Source: Thermodesulfobacteriota bacterium (lineage in GTDB: Bacteria; Desulfobacterota; BSN033; WVXP01; G020346125). From it: DNA of 64,000 bases. The notes beneath the pieces were generated by a model. The model was not told where the DNA came from. It searched no databases and was given only the letters and a program-made list of their open reading frames with translations. Positions 1 to 10,168 of this stretch are shown here, in pieces (the stretch's first letter is position 1; each line of letters starts with the position of its first letter). The translations under genes and the position numbers were made by a program. The DNA lies in NCBI GenBank assembly GCA_041862515.1, contig JBGVTJ010000241.1:1685-65684 (forward strand), given 5' to 3'.

Positions 1-396
1 ATCGATACAGTTCCAGCAGCGGATCCCACGACTCCCCCGCAGCAGGCAACGAGTCAGTTGGGCCTGGGACCCGTCATCCGCACTATGGATTTCTTGCCCA
101 ACATTTTGATGGGAACCATATACTCCCGAAAGATCCGCGATCAGCTCATCGATACTGCCAAAAGGCATGACATTCCCTTTCAGACCGATATCTTCCGATC
201 GTGGACTGATGCGGCTACCATTCATATGGAGGGGGGAGGAATCCCGACCGGTGGCATATTTATCCCCAGGCGGTGTAGCCACTCGCCGACCGAAATCGCA
301 CACATCGAAGATATGAAACGTACCCATAGGCTCTGCCTCTCTTTCTTGAGGGAACTCACGAGCAAGGCCATTGAGGAGATGAGGAGAAGGATCTGA
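1..396 (+). CDS. M42 family metallopeptidase (glutamyl aminopeptidase/FrvX-like), C-terminal fragment; start lies outside the window
   Basis: Translation of 58..396 has the M42 C-terminal motifs (HMEGGGIPTGG, RYSHSP-like RCSHSPTE); the frame is open to the window edge. Confidence 0.55.
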   Translation: MDTVPAADPTTPPQQATSQLGLGPVIRTMDFLPNILMGTIYSRKIRDQLIDTAKRHDIPFQTDIFRSWTDAATIHMEGGGIPTGGIFIPRRCSHSPTEIAHIEDMKRTHRLCLSFLRELTSKAIEEMRRRI

Positions 397-435
397 GCTT
401 CGAAATGAAGTGCAAAGAGAAAGGGGGAGGGTAGC

Positions 436-1350
436 ATGGCGGATCGGATTGGGTTTATCGGACTGGGCATCATGGGCAAGCCCATGGTAAGAAATATTCT
501 GAAAGCCGGATACCCCTTGGTGGCTTATAATCGAACCCCGGGACAAGGGAGAGAGTTGGAGGCGGAGGGTGCTCCTTTCTGTACCTCTCCCAGGGAGGTT
601 GCCCAAAGGAGTGATATTGTCTTCGTGATGGTATCTGATTCCGCTGCTGTGGAAGAGGTGGTTCTTGGTGAGAATGGGGTGGCAGAAGGGGGTAGAGCGG
701 GAATGGTCGTTGTGGACATGAGCTCCATTTCTCCCATTTTAACCAAACAGATAGCTACGAAATTGGGAGACAAGGGAATAGATGTGTTGGATGCCCCCGT
801 AAGCGGCGGCGAAGGGGGGGCAATCAATGGGACGCTTTCCATCATGGTGGGCGGGAAGCCCGAGGTCTTCCAGCGAGTAAGGCCCATTTTCGAGACGATG
901 GGAAAAAATATCATCCATGTTGGAGAAAATGGGGCAGGTCAAACGTGTAAACTGTGTAACCAGATTGTCGTTGGCCTCACCATCGAGGCAGTTGGGGAAG
1001 CCCTGGTTTTTGCCGCGAAAGCCGGGGTAGATCCGGGTAAGGTCCGGGAGGCATTGTTAGGTGGATTTGCCCAAAGCCGGGTCCTCGAACTCCATGGTCA
1101 GCGGATGTTAGAGCGGAACTTCAAGCCAGGAGGCAAAGCAAAATTGCACCAGAAGGATACGGAAAACGCACTATCCTCGGCCAAAGAGTTAGAGATCCCC
1201 TTGCCGGGGACGGCATTGGTCGATCAAATGTGGAAAGCCTTGGCGGCCCGGGGAAGCGATGAACTCGATCATTCCGCCCTGGTGACCATATTGGAAGCCA
1301 TGGCGAAGATCGAGGTTCGCAATAGATCGGGAAGGTGCTCAAGGGCGTAA
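436..1350 (+). CDS. NAD(P)-dependent 3-hydroxyisobutyrate / 2-hydroxy-3-oxopropionate reductase family dehydrogenase
   Basis: N-terminal Rossmann motif GFIGLGIMG and the overall HIBADH/GarR family pattern; RBS GGGGGAGG upstream of the ATG. Confidence 0.8.
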   Translation: MADRIGFIGLGIMGKPMVRNILKAGYPLVAYNRTPGQGRELEAEGAPFCTSPREVAQRSDIVFVMVSDSAAVEEVVLGENGVAEGGRAGMVVVDMSSISPILTKQIATKLGDKGIDVLDAPVSGGEGGAINGTLSIMVGGKPEVFQRVRPIFETMGKNIIHVGENGAGQTCKLCNQIVVGLTIEAVGEALVFAAKAGVDPGKVREALLGGFAQSRVLELHGQRMLERNFKPGGKAKLHQKDTENALSSAKELEIPLPGTALVDQMWKALAARGSDELDHSALVTILEAMAKIEVRNRSGRCSRA

Positions 1351-1378
1351 ACGACACCTTTTTTGGGGGCCGGCGATA

Positions 1379-2713
1379 ATGAAAAAAAAGAGAACGAGGG
1401 GACCCGTAAGGGTTATAATCATGGGGGCGGCAGGGAGGGATTTTCACAACTTCAACGTCTGCTTCCGGGATCGGGAGGAGTACCGGGTCGTTGCCTTCAC
1501 GGCAGCACAGATCCCCAACATAGAGGGGAGGTGTTATCCGGCTGAGTTAGCGGGGGGACTTTACCCAGAAGGAATTCCGATCTACTCGGAATCGGAGCTC
1601 GTTTCCCTGGTCTGTTCGGAGTCCGTTGACTTGGTGGTCTTTTCCTATAGCGACGTCTCCTATGTAGACCTCATGCACCACGAAGCCGAGGTGAGCGCCG
1701 CGGGCGCCGATTTCATGATGTTGGGGGTCGCTCATACCCAATTGGAGGCCAGGGTACCCGTTGTCTCCGTGGGAGCGGTAAGAACCGGGTGTGGCAAGAG
1801 TCAAACCACCCGGAGGATATGCGACATCCTGGCCCAAAAGGGCAAAACCGTGGTAGTTGTTCGCCACCCCATGGCATATGGAGACCTTGTCCGCCAAAGG
1901 GTCCAGCGGTTTGCGAGCCGAGAGGATTTCGACCGTTTTCACTGCACCATCGAGGAGCGAGAGGAATATGAACCCCATATTGAAAGAGGCTCGGTCGTAT
2001 ACGCGGGTGTCGATTATGAGGAAATTCTCTCACGAGCTCAGGAGGAGGCGGATATCCTCGTATGGGACGGAGGAAACAACGATACACCCTTTTTCAAACC
2101 TACAGTTCACATCGTGCTCGTCGATCCCCACAGGCCAGGACACGAACTCCGGTATTATCCGGGGGAAACCAATATGCGCCTTGCTGACGCGGTGGTGATC
2201 AATAAAGTCGATACGGTGGATCCCCGAAATCTGGATCGAATGAGGGATAACATCCGACGCGTTAACTCCAAGGCTGTGGTCATTTACGCTGCTTCACCCG
2301 TATCTGTTGAAGATCCCTCCCTCATTTCGGGGAAGAGGGTCCTCGTTATCGAGGATGGACCGACGGTGACCCATGGGGAGATGCCCTATGGTGCAGGGGT
2401 TGTGGCAGCTCAGAAATTTGGTGCCAGGGACTTGGTGGACGCCAGGCCATTCGCGGTGGGGAGCCTGCGGGAGACTTTTGAGAAGTATCCCCATTTGGAA
2501 AAGGTTCTTCCGGCGGTTGGATATAGCACCGAACAGGTCGAGGAATTGGAAGCCACCATCAACGCGACGGAATGTGATTTGGTGGTTAGCGCCACCCCGG
2601 TCGACCTGTCCAGGTTGATTACGATCGGCAAGCCGTTGATAAGGGTTCGATATGAATACGAGGGGATCGGCCATCCCACGTTGGAAGATGTACTCGTCCC
2701 TGTATTGAAATAG
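1379..2713 (+). CDS. P-loop protein resembling cyclic 2,3-diphosphoglycerate synthetase
   Basis: 444-aa ORF with Walker A-like GCGKSQTT and Walker B-like WDGGNND; resemblance to the cDPG synthetase family is from memory, not verified; an alternative start is at 1421. Confidence 0.4.
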   Translation: MKKKRTRGPVRVIIMGAAGRDFHNFNVCFRDREEYRVVAFTAAQIPNIEGRCYPAELAGGLYPEGIPIYSESELVSLVCSESVDLVVFSYSDVSYVDLMHHEAEVSAAGADFMMLGVAHTQLEARVPVVSVGAVRTGCGKSQTTRRICDILAQKGKTVVVVRHPMAYGDLVRQRVQRFASREDFDRFHCTIEEREEYEPHIERGSVVYAGVDYEEILSRAQEEADILVWDGGNNDTPFFKPTVHIVLVDPHRPGHELRYYPGETNMRLADAVVINKVDTVDPRNLDRMRDNIRRVNSKAVVIYAASPVSVEDPSLISGKRVLVIEDGPTVTHGEMPYGAGVVAAQKFGARDLVDARPFAVGSLRETFEKYPHLEKVLPAVGYSTEQVEELEATINATECDLVVSATPVDLSRLITIGKPLIRVRYEYEGIGHPTLEDVLVPVLK

Positions 2714-2729
2714 ATGTTTTTAGCGAAAG

Positions 2730-2935
2730 TCTTGAGTACTTCATTCTCCCTTCACATCAATGCCTCCGAAGTGACCCTTCTAGGGTCCGCAGGCGGGGAA
2801 TACTTGCCCCTTCAGGCCTCTAAAGGGCCGGCCTTCCCCTTTCCTTCGGCTCTGCTCAGGACAAGCTCTGCTTACCCTCGGTGGGTACCCTACTTCTCCA
2901 GCAGACTGCGCTCAGGGACAACGGAGCACTCAAGA
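2730..2935 (+). ncRNA. Copy A of a ~210-nt structured repeat element (candidate structured RNA) closed by a ~20-bp terminal helix
   Basis: Core is strongly similar to the minus-strand copy at 55681..55910; a compensatory base-pair change occurs in an internal hairpin (GGCC-loop-GGCC versus AGCC-loop-GGCT); terminal helix tcttgagtac / gcactcaaga. Confidence 0.45.
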
Positions 2936-2961
2936 GAACTAAAGAAACCAAACAAACAAAA

Positions 2962-2994
2962 TAAACGAGATAAACCATCTAAACGTTCTAAACG
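2962..2994 (+). promoter_or_regulatory. Four direct TAAAC(G/C) repeats with exact 9-nt spacing just upstream of the aminotransferase RBS
   Basis: TAAACG at 2962, TAAACC at 2971, TAAACG at 2980 and 2989; the RBS GAGGAG and the ATG at 3006 follow. Confidence 0.25.
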
Positions 2995-3005
2995 AGGAGA
3001 TTGCC

Positions 3006-4382
3006 ATGGAGAGAGAAAAGGTTGCACCGTTCATAAAGGTTACCCCTCCCGGCCCAAATGCGCGCAAATGGGCTCAATTTCATAAAAAGCATGCCGCTCA
3101 TTCAACGTATTTCTACGATTTTGTTTGGGATCGATCTAAACCAGCCATTGGGCCATTCTGTACGGATGTAGATGGCAATATCATCATGGATTTCGTTAGC
3201 CATGTGGCGAGCTCTCCGCTGGGCTACAACCATCCCGTTCTTGTCGAAACGGCGAAGAAAATCGCCGCAATTGACCCGGATCGATATGCCGGGACCGACT
3301 TCATCGGCGCCTTCGGCGAAGATCCCAGCAACTGTCCCATCCCGACCCCTTCCCACCTCCACCACAAGCTCATGGAGATCTCCCAACAATTCGGTTTCAA
3401 CAGCGCCTTCTTATCCAATTCCGGTGCGGAGGCGGTTGAGAACGCCATCAAGATCTGTTACGACTACCGTCGAAACCATGGATATGGCTTCTGCTTTTAC
3501 GGGGCATTCCACGGACGAACCTTGGGGGCCCTCTCCCTCAATCGGAGCAAGAAGGTTCACCGGGATTGGTATCCCGAAATCCCCAAGATCGTGGAGCTCC
3601 CCTTCTGTCGTTGCCGAAAAGGCTGCGACTGTGGTTGGAAGATATACTCCATCCGAAGGAAAGGCGTGATCAGCCGTCTGGCCCAAGTCCTCGACCCCGA
3701 TATCGGTCTTATCGACCCGGAGGAGGTGGCCTATATCATTATCGAGCCCATCCTGGGTGAAGGAGGATATGATATAGCCAATCCCGAGTTTATCCGGGAA
3801 GTGGCCGAGATTGCTCACCGCGAGGAAATCCCACTGATCGCGGACGAAATCCAATCCGGATTAGGGCGTACGGGAAAGTGGTGGGCTGTGGAACATTTCG
3901 GCGTGGTACCAGACATCATAACCTCTGCCAAGGCCTTGCGGGTGGGCGCTACCATTGGGAAGAGCACGCTCTTTCCCCGAGAGGAGAGGAGGATTTCCTC
4001 GACATGGGGCGAGGGCAATGCCATCAGCTCAGCCGTGGGCTATCAAATCATTCAGACCATCCAGGAAGAGGATTTGCTCAAGAATGCGGAGGAGATGGGA
4101 AACTACTTCCTCGCCGGTTTACGCCAACTCCAATCCCGGTTCCCCGTGATCCACGATGTTCGAGGTCTCGGGCTCATGGACGCCATCTCGGTAGAGACCG
4201 ATGACCTGCGGAACCGAGTGATTCGAAATGCCTTACAAAAGGGGTTACTGGTAACATCGTGCGGGTTCGAATCAATCCGCTTTCTCCCTCCCCTCAACGT
4301 AACCCAGAGGGAGATCGATATCGCCTTGAACATCCTCGAAGATGTCTTTTCAGAAATAGTAACCGAGCCGTCGTTACCATAA
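3006..4382 (+). CDS. Class III PLP-dependent aminotransferase (omega-amino acid / lysine-6 aminotransferase-like)
   Basis: [11 protein letters not shown] motif, PLP lysine in ITSAKAL, 458 aa; RBS GAGGAG. Confidence 0.85.
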   Translation: MEREKVAPFIKVTPPGPNARKWAQFHKKHAAHSTYFYDFVWDRSKPAIGPFCTDVDGNIIMDFVSHVASSPLGYNHPVLVETAKKIAAIDPDRYAGTDFIGAFGEDPSNCPIPTPSHLHHKLMEISQQFGFNSAFLSNSGAEAVENAIKICYDYRRNHGYGFCFYGAFHGRTLGALSLNRSKKVHRDWYPEIPKIVELPFCRCRKGCDCGWKIYSIRRKGVISRLAQVLDPDIGLIDPEEVAYIIIEPILGEGGYDIANPEFIREVAEIAHREEIPLIADEIQSGLGRTGKWWAVEHFGVVPDIITSAKALRVGATIGKSTLFPREERRISSTWGEGNAISSAVGYQIIQTIQEEDLLKNAEEMGNYFLAGLRQLQSRFPVIHDVRGLGLMDAISVETDDLRNRVIRNALQKGLLVTSCGFESIRFLPPLNVTQREIDIALNILEDVFSEIVTEPSLP

Positions 4383-4422
4383 GCTGTAAGGGGGAAGATG
4401 ACTTCTGCCGAAAGGAGGAGCA

Positions 4423-4935
4423 ATGGATCTTTCACAGTTCGAGGAGATGGAGATACCAGCCTTCAAGAGCTACATCGAATTTCTGCTGTGGCACTACCGG
4501 GTGGTGGATGCCTTCTGGTTCATCTACGTCGGCGAGGAGTTCGATCAACAGACAGCGGAACGAATCAACGAACGAGTATGGGGGAGGGTGGCTGGAATGG
4601 CCGCGAGGGACCTGATTCGGCGCTTTCATATCGAGGAAAAGGGACTCCAGGGGTTCGTCAAGGCCTTAAAATACTTCCCCTGGCATATCCTGGTGGGCTA
4701 TCAGATCCATGAGGGGGAGGACGAGGTAATTATAGATGTTCCCAGTTGTCCCACCCAGGAGGCACGGCTGAAACGGGGACTGGGTGAATTTGTCTGTAAG
4801 GAGATGCACCGGGGAGAATTCACAAATTTTGCCCGGGAGATCGATGAGCGAATTCAGGTCGAGTGCCTCTTCGCCCCCCCTGATCCCCATCCCGACGACA
4901 TGTTCTGCAAATGGAGGTTTACCCTCGAGAAATGA
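4423..4935 (+). CDS. Hypothetical protein (170 aa) with a [11 protein letters not shown] motif
   Basis: Clean ORF with coding-like composition; no family confidently recognised. Confidence 0.45.
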   Translation: MDLSQFEEMEIPAFKSYIEFLLWHYRVVDAFWFIYVGEEFDQQTAERINERVWGRVAGMAARDLIRRFHIEEKGLQGFVKALKYFPWHILVGYQIHEGEDEVIIDVPSCPTQEARLKRGLGEFVCKEMHRGEFTNFAREIDERIQVECLFAPPDPHPDDMFCKWRFTLEK

Positions 4936-5014
4936 GAGGGATGAGGAAAAACCATGGCCAAAGCCTGTGGTGGCAAGAGGGGAGGGTGGGGGCAGTACTT
5001 GTAGGGGTTTCATC

Positions 5015-5866
5015 ATGGTTATCATGCCGGGGCATGTCGGTGAATCAGTTCATGGTGCTTCCCCGGGGGGCGGCCATGAATCGGCTCAAAAAGGGCCATT
5101 ACGGATTACCCTCTCCATGCGGACGAGGCAAGGAAAACTAGCCCGGGCAGAGGGTTTTTATACCCGCTATCTGGGGTTGGGTGATAGCATAGCCATTGAT
5201 GAATATGCTGGAGGACCCGGATGTGGGGCCATATCCCTTTTCTACCGCAATAAAGATGAGATCTACCCCGAATTCAAGGGGAAGGATCTCCGAACCCTCT
5301 ATCCGGGAATCGATCTGCATTCCGTGGCCTCCGATGGTGGGACTTCCAGCAGCGTTTTAGGGGAACAACTTCCAGCCTTGCCTCCCAGAGGCGACGAACC
5401 AACGATTGTCACCTTAACGGTTGGGGGGAACGATTTTGTCTCCTCCCTGGGCCCAGGAGGGGCTATTGGCCCCGGTGCGGTAGAGGATTTCCGCTCGAAT
5501 CTCACGAGGATCCTTGAGGTCCTCCGTGAACGCTACCCCAACTGCACCATCATCCTGGGGACTATCTATGATCCGACGGATGGAGTTGGTGATCTGGGTA
5601 TACCAGAGGTGGACGTCCGGGAGGCCTATAACCTCTTTCACGCTTTTAACAGGGCTATCCTGGATTTGGGAAAGAGCTATGGCGCACAAATCGCGGACAT
5701 ATATTCCCACTTTCTGGGCCACGGATCCCACCATGGAGATCCAAACAATCCCCATTATTGTCCCGGGGATCCTTCTTACTGGTTTGTCCAGGAGATTGAG
5801 CCCAATGCTCGCGGGGCCCACGAAGTCCGCCGGAAATTCTGGGAAGCCCTGAAGAGAAGGCGTTAG
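5015..5866 (+). CDS. SGNH/GDSL family hydrolase
   Basis: GDSL block LGLGDSIA and block III TVGGNDF; an internal start is chosen because the upstream part of the ORF (from 4784) overlaps the preceding gene. Confidence 0.6.
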   Translation: MVIMPGHVGESVHGASPGGGHESAQKGPLRITLSMRTRQGKLARAEGFYTRYLGLGDSIAIDEYAGGPGCGAISLFYRNKDEIYPEFKGKDLRTLYPGIDLHSVASDGGTSSSVLGEQLPALPPRGDEPTIVTLTVGGNDFVSSLGPGGAIGPGAVEDFRSNLTRILEVLRERYPNCTIILGTIYDPTDGVGDLGIPEVDVREAYNLFHAFNRAILDLGKSYGAQIADIYSHFLGHGSHHGDPNNPHYCPGDPSYWFVQEIEPNARGAHEVRRKFWEALKRRR

Positions 5867-5897
5867 AAGGTTAGCCCTGAGGCTTAAAGCCTCGTTC

Positions 5898-6281
5898 TTA
5901 CGAGAGAGGCAAGACAGGTTGGAATACCTCGCACTGTCGGCACATCTTCATCTTCTTCCGCCAGCTTTCTTGCACCTCGCCTTGACAGATCGTACCATTG
6001 ATAAACCAGCAAAGATGCCCACTTTGAAATTCCCATGCCGGGCAATTTCGCCTCATCTCCATGGGACACTTTCGTATCACCCAACAGGGCTTGTTCCCCT
6101 CATTATGCAATCTCTTCATCGCCAGAAGGAAGAGCGCCTGTCGTTCAATATGCACAGGAATGTTTCTCCATCCCTGCTCAAAACTCTGTACAGATTTAGA
6201 GGAAACCCCCAGTAACTGTGCCATTTGGTTTTGAGTCTTTCCCAGATGGCCTCGAATTTGGGAAAACTCCTTTTTATCCAT
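5898..6281 (-). CDS. XRE-family HTH protein with a C-terminal Cys/Trp-rich (CW-type) putative zinc-binding domain
   Basis: N-terminal HTH (QNQMAQLLGVSSKSVQSFEQG); C-terminal CWVIRKC...CPAWE...CWFINGTIC...CRQC. Confidence 0.6.
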   Translation of the reverse strand: MDKKEFSQIRGHLGKTQNQMAQLLGVSSKSVQSFEQGWRNIPVHIERQALFLLAMKRLHNEGNKPCWVIRKCPMEMRRNCPAWEFQSGHLCWFINGTICQGEVQESWRKKMKMCRQCEVFQPVLPLS

Positions 6282-6614
6282 TTAAAATCTCCCGCTCGTC
6301 TTTACGCATTATACCACAATGTGGCTCAATGTAAAGGGTTTCATCCCTTTCTCTCGGGAATGCCGGTAGATCTGCAAGTTCGTATTCAGGTATCTCAATC
6401 TCGTGGGGATCATTCGGCAGGCATTCCTACGGATGAACAACCTCCTCAAACATTTCACACCCTATGACAAGGCTGTCATTTTTCGGTAGACCGAGATGCC
6501 CCTAACGGGGTTTGAACACCATTAACTTTCTCTTGAAAAGAAATCGGACAATGATATTCTGGGATAGGAACACTGATGCTGGTGTCATGGTCTTAATGAT
6601 GAGGGGGTGACGAT

Positions 6615-7916
6615 ATGAATACAGTCGAAAAGTACGAGAAATATGTTAATACCAGCATGGTGGAGAAGATACAGCCCATAGTGATTTCGAGGGCCAAGGG
6701 GGCAACGATTACAGATACTGAGGGGAAGGACTATATCGATTGTTTTTCAGGGATAGCGGTGATTAATGCTGGCCACTGTAATGAGCAAGTAGTCCAGGCA
6801 GCCAAGGCTCAGATGGACAGATTGGTTCACTGCTGCTCCTATGTCTACTATTCCCAACCGACTGGGGACTTAGCTGAGAAGTTGGCCGAAATAACATCCG
6901 GAAGATTGCAGAAGAGCTTTTTTGGCAATGGAGGAGCGGAGGCAATTGAGGGGGCCTTGAGGCTTGCCAAGCAATTTACGGGGAGGACGGAATTTATTGC
7001 CCTTCAGGGCTCCTTCCATGGCCGGTCCTATGCGGCGCTGAGCGTGACGGGCAACAATGCGAGGAAGAGAAGGGGAGGGCCTTACATGGTAGGGTGTACA
7101 TTCCTGCCTGCCCCATACTGTTACCGATGTTTCTTTGAATTGGAGTACCCCCAGTGCCACTTGAGGTGTGCACGGGCTCTGGAGGATATTATCAGGTTCA
7201 ATACATATGACAGCGTTGCTGGCTTCATTGCAGAGCCTATACTCGGAGAGGGAGGGATCATTACTCCCCCGGATGACTACTTCTTGGAGATCGAAAAGAT
7301 ATTGAAAAAGCATGAACTTCTCCTCATTGTCGATGAGGTACAGACAGGGTTTTGTAGAACCGGCCAGATGTTTGGCATTGAGCACTATGGAGTAGAACCA
7401 GACATCATGGTCATGGCCAAGGGGATTGCGGATGGGTTTCCCTTGAGTGCCTTTATCGCAAGGGAAGAGGTAGCTGATTCGTTTAAGCCTGGGGATCACT
7501 TGTCGACCTTTGGAGGTAACCCCGTCTCGTGTGCCGCATCCCTTGCCAATATTGAATTCATGTTAGAAACCAACTTGGCCTCTCAAACCCTTGAAAAAGG
7601 AGCATTCTTGAAGGAAGAGCTTGAAAAGCTAGCGAAACGACATGAGGTCATAGGGGAAATTCGCGGGAAGGGGTTGATGGTGGGGATTGAACTGGTTCGG
7701 GGTCGGCACAAGACTCCGGCCAATACTGAAGGCAGTGAGATCAGAGATTTCTGTCGCGACAACGGATTACTTCCCGGATTGGGGGGTCTCTATGGGAATG
7801 TTCTCAGAATTCAACCGCCTCTGGTAATAACAGAGGAGGAGCTTCTTGGAGTGGTGAAAATCTTGGATTCGGCTTTTACAAGAGTATTGAATGATACTTC
7901 GAGCTCAACAACTTAG
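6615..7916 (+). CDS. Class III aminotransferase (aspartate aminotransferase family; beta-alanine/GABA-type)
   Basis: GGAEAIEGALRLAK, DEVQTGFCRTG, MVMAKG motifs; RBS GAGGGGG. Confidence 0.85.
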   Translation: MNTVEKYEKYVNTSMVEKIQPIVISRAKGATITDTEGKDYIDCFSGIAVINAGHCNEQVVQAAKAQMDRLVHCCSYVYYSQPTGDLAEKLAEITSGRLQKSFFGNGGAEAIEGALRLAKQFTGRTEFIALQGSFHGRSYAALSVTGNNARKRRGGPYMVGCTFLPAPYCYRCFFELEYPQCHLRCARALEDIIRFNTYDSVAGFIAEPILGEGGIITPPDDYFLEIEKILKKHELLLIVDEVQTGFCRTGQMFGIEHYGVEPDIMVMAKGIADGFPLSAFIAREEVADSFKPGDHLSTFGGNPVSCAASLANIEFMLETNLASQTLEKGAFLKEELEKLAKRHEVIGEIRGKGLMVGIELVRGRHKTPANTEGSEIRDFCRDNGLLPGLGGLYGNVLRIQPPLVITEEELLGVVKILDSAFTRVLNDTSSSTT

Positions 7917-8218
7917 ATGAGGGAGGGAACCACAGGAGGGTAATGTTCTCTGCAAAATAGGAATCTCGTGGAATTTCACTTCTGAATGAGATCTCATTCT
8001 GAATGCCCATTTGATTTATACACTGCAAATGTATGTTTGATATTGATTCTGGGTCAATGGAGAGTCAGTTCTTTCGAAGGTAAAGACTCGAAAAGAAAGC
8101 TACGTCTGTGATAGTCTAAAAACAGTAGAATTTGCCAATTCAACGGATGTTCTCCATGAATATGCAATCAGGAAGATTGCAGGGATTACTCATGTAGATC
8201 GGAGTGAGGAGGCAGGCT

Positions 8219-9685
8219 ATGGGTTCAGAGAGACTTAAGAATTTTATCAATGGTGAATGGGTTGATTCTGAATCAACGGAATATGGGGAGGTCCGAAATC
8301 CAGCGAGGGATACACTCTTGTGCCACGTTCCCATGTCCACAAAAGCGGAGGTCGACCGGGCCGTTCAGGCCGCGAAAAATGCCTTTCCGGAATGGAGAAA
8401 CACACCACCGGTTTCCAGGGCGAGATGTCTTCACAGGTTGAGAGAATTATTGGAGGAAAATTTCGATGAACTCAGTAGAGTTCAGACTACAGAACATGGA
8501 AAGACAATCGATGAATCCAGGGGGGAAACAAGGCGCGGAATTGAAATGGTAGAAGTCGCTACAGGAATTCCTTCATTGATGCTAGGTTATAACTTGGAGG
8601 ATATTGCGACAGATATCGATGAGTACTGTATTTACCAACCATTAGGAGTCTTTGGACATCTTGCCCCCTTTAACTTTCCGTTCATGGTACCGCTTTGGTA
8701 TCTACCATTTGCCATCGCTACGGGAAACACTTTCATCACAAAGCCATCACCGAGAGACCCCATGAGTCAGGTTGAGCTTTTCAAGCTTTTAGATGACGCC
8801 GGTATCCCGCCTGGTGTAGTTAACCTCGTCCACGGAGCAGCAGATGTGGCAAATTATTTGTTAGATCATCCAGACATCAAGGGAATAACGTTTGTCGGAT
8901 CCACAGCGGTAGGTAAACTCATCTACAAGAAATGCGGAGAGACCGGGAAGCGAGTCATTGCGCAGTGTGGTGCTAAGAACTATTTAGTAATACTGCCGGA
9001 TGTGGACCTAGATAGTGCTATACCGAGCCTGATGACCTCTTTTTTTGGCAATACGGGGCAACGATGTCTGTCAGGGGCCAACGCAGTTGTTGTAGGAGAT
9101 AGTGATACATTCTACAAACGGTTTGTGGATGAATTCGTGGAGGCGGCCTCGAAAATAAGGGTTGGTGATGGGCTTGATGAAACCGTTCAAATGGGCCCTT
9201 TGCAAACATTGGAATCAAAAAAGAGAGTTATAGGATTTATAGAGAAAGGCATAGAAGCGGGGGCAGAGCTCCTTCTCGATGGCAGAGAATTGAACCTCGT
9301 GGGAGATGTCCCTGAAACGTGTTTCCTTAATCCAACCGTCTTCGGAAATGTTACGCCAAGCATGACCATTGGCAAGGAGGAAATCTTTGGCCCTGTGGCG
9401 AATATTATGAGAGCTGGGGATTTGGAGGAAACCATAGAGATGATTCATAGCAATCCCTATGGTAATGCCGCTTCGATTTATACCAGCAGCGGTAAACTGG
9501 CCAGAAAGTTCCAGCATGACGTCATGTGCGGTAATATTGGCGTAAATATTGGTATCGTTGCGCCTATGGCGTTCTTTCCGTTCGGCGGGATGAAAGATTC
9601 CTTCTTTGGAACCTTACACGGACAGGGCAGAGACGCTATTCGTTTCTTCACAGAAAGTAAGGTTGTAATCCAGAGGTGGTTTTGA
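8219..9685 (+). CDS. mmsA: CoA-acylating methylmalonate/malonate-semialdehyde dehydrogenase
   Basis: Aldehyde dehydrogenase fold with MmsA-type blocks (PLGVFGHLAPFNFPFMVPLWYLPFAIATGNTFITKPS, catalytic Cys in GQRCLS); the ATG at 8219 has RBS GAGGAGG, so the GTG at 8204 is unlikely. Confidence 0.85.
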   Translation: MGSERLKNFINGEWVDSESTEYGEVRNPARDTLLCHVPMSTKAEVDRAVQAAKNAFPEWRNTPPVSRARCLHRLRELLEENFDELSRVQTTEHGKTIDESRGETRRGIEMVEVATGIPSLMLGYNLEDIATDIDEYCIYQPLGVFGHLAPFNFPFMVPLWYLPFAIATGNTFITKPSPRDPMSQVELFKLLDDAGIPPGVVNLVHGAADVANYLLDHPDIKGITFVGSTAVGKLIYKKCGETGKRVIAQCGAKNYLVILPDVDLDSAIPSLMTSFFGNTGQRCLSGANAVVVGDSDTFYKRFVDEFVEAASKIRVGDGLDETVQMGPLQTLESKKRVIGFIEKGIEAGAELLLDGRELNLVGDVPETCFLNPTVFGNVTPSMTIGKEEIFGPVANIMRAGDLEETIEMIHSNPYGNAASIYTSSGKLARKFQHDVMCGNIGVNIGIVAPMAFFPFGGMKDSFFGTLHGQGRDAIRFFTESKVVIQRWF

Positions 9686-9686
9686 T

Positions 9687-10133
9687 ATGCAACTCAATAC
9701 AGCTTCAGCGGTCATTAGATTTGCCACAGAAGTCGAGGAAAAATCCGCAAAATTCTACGATGATTGTGCCAAGAGACATAGAGAAATTGCAGAGACCTTT
9801 CTCTCTTTTGTTAGGGAAAACAAGAAAAATGTGACGTTCGTGAAACGAGCTTATTACGGGGTAATTAGTGATGCCCTTGAGGCATGTTTTTCGTTTGAAG
9901 GTCTAAAGACTGACGAGTTTCTCTTTAAGGCTGAATTTGATGAAAAGGCTCATCTTTCTGATATTCTAGAGATGAGTTTGCAGATGGAGGATAAAATTCA
10001 AAAATTCTATCAAAAAGCCGGGGAGTCATCAGAAAAACTCTTGGCTGATGTGCCTAGAGCCTTAAAAAAGATTGCCGACAAGAGGAAGGAACGGAAGAAT
10101 GAATTAGCGTCTCTTCTTGATGAGATTAGATAA
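9687..10133 (+). CDS. Hypothetical helical protein, possibly a ferritin-like four-helix bundle
   Basis: 148-aa ORF that overlaps the mmsA stop (translational coupling); no family confidently recognised. Confidence 0.45.
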   Translation: MQLNTASAVIRFATEVEEKSAKFYDDCAKRHREIAETFLSFVRENKKNVTFVKRAYYGVISDALEACFSFEGLKTDEFLFKAEFDEKAHLSDILEMSLQMEDKIQKFYQKAGESSEKLLADVPRALKKIADKRKERKNELASLLDEIR

Positions 10134-10136
10134 GTG

Positions 10137-10168
10137 AAACTCCCCGACCAAAGGTCGGGGAGTTTCAC
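10137..10168 (+). terminator. Perfect 15-bp stem hairpin immediately after the 9687..10133 gene (intrinsic terminator candidate, no strong U-tail)
   Basis: GTGAAACTCCCCGACC-AAAG-GTCGGGGAGTTTCAC. Confidence 0.55.

Noticed and set aside
4255-4275. tRNA T-loop-like string gggttcgaatc
   Set aside because: It lies inside the aminotransferase coding frame with no acceptor-stem or anticodon-arm complementarity around it
4784-5014. Upstream extension of the SGNH hydrolase ORF
   Set aside because: It overlaps the preceding gene by 150 nt, and the GDSL block normally lies near the N-terminus, so an internal start is more plausible
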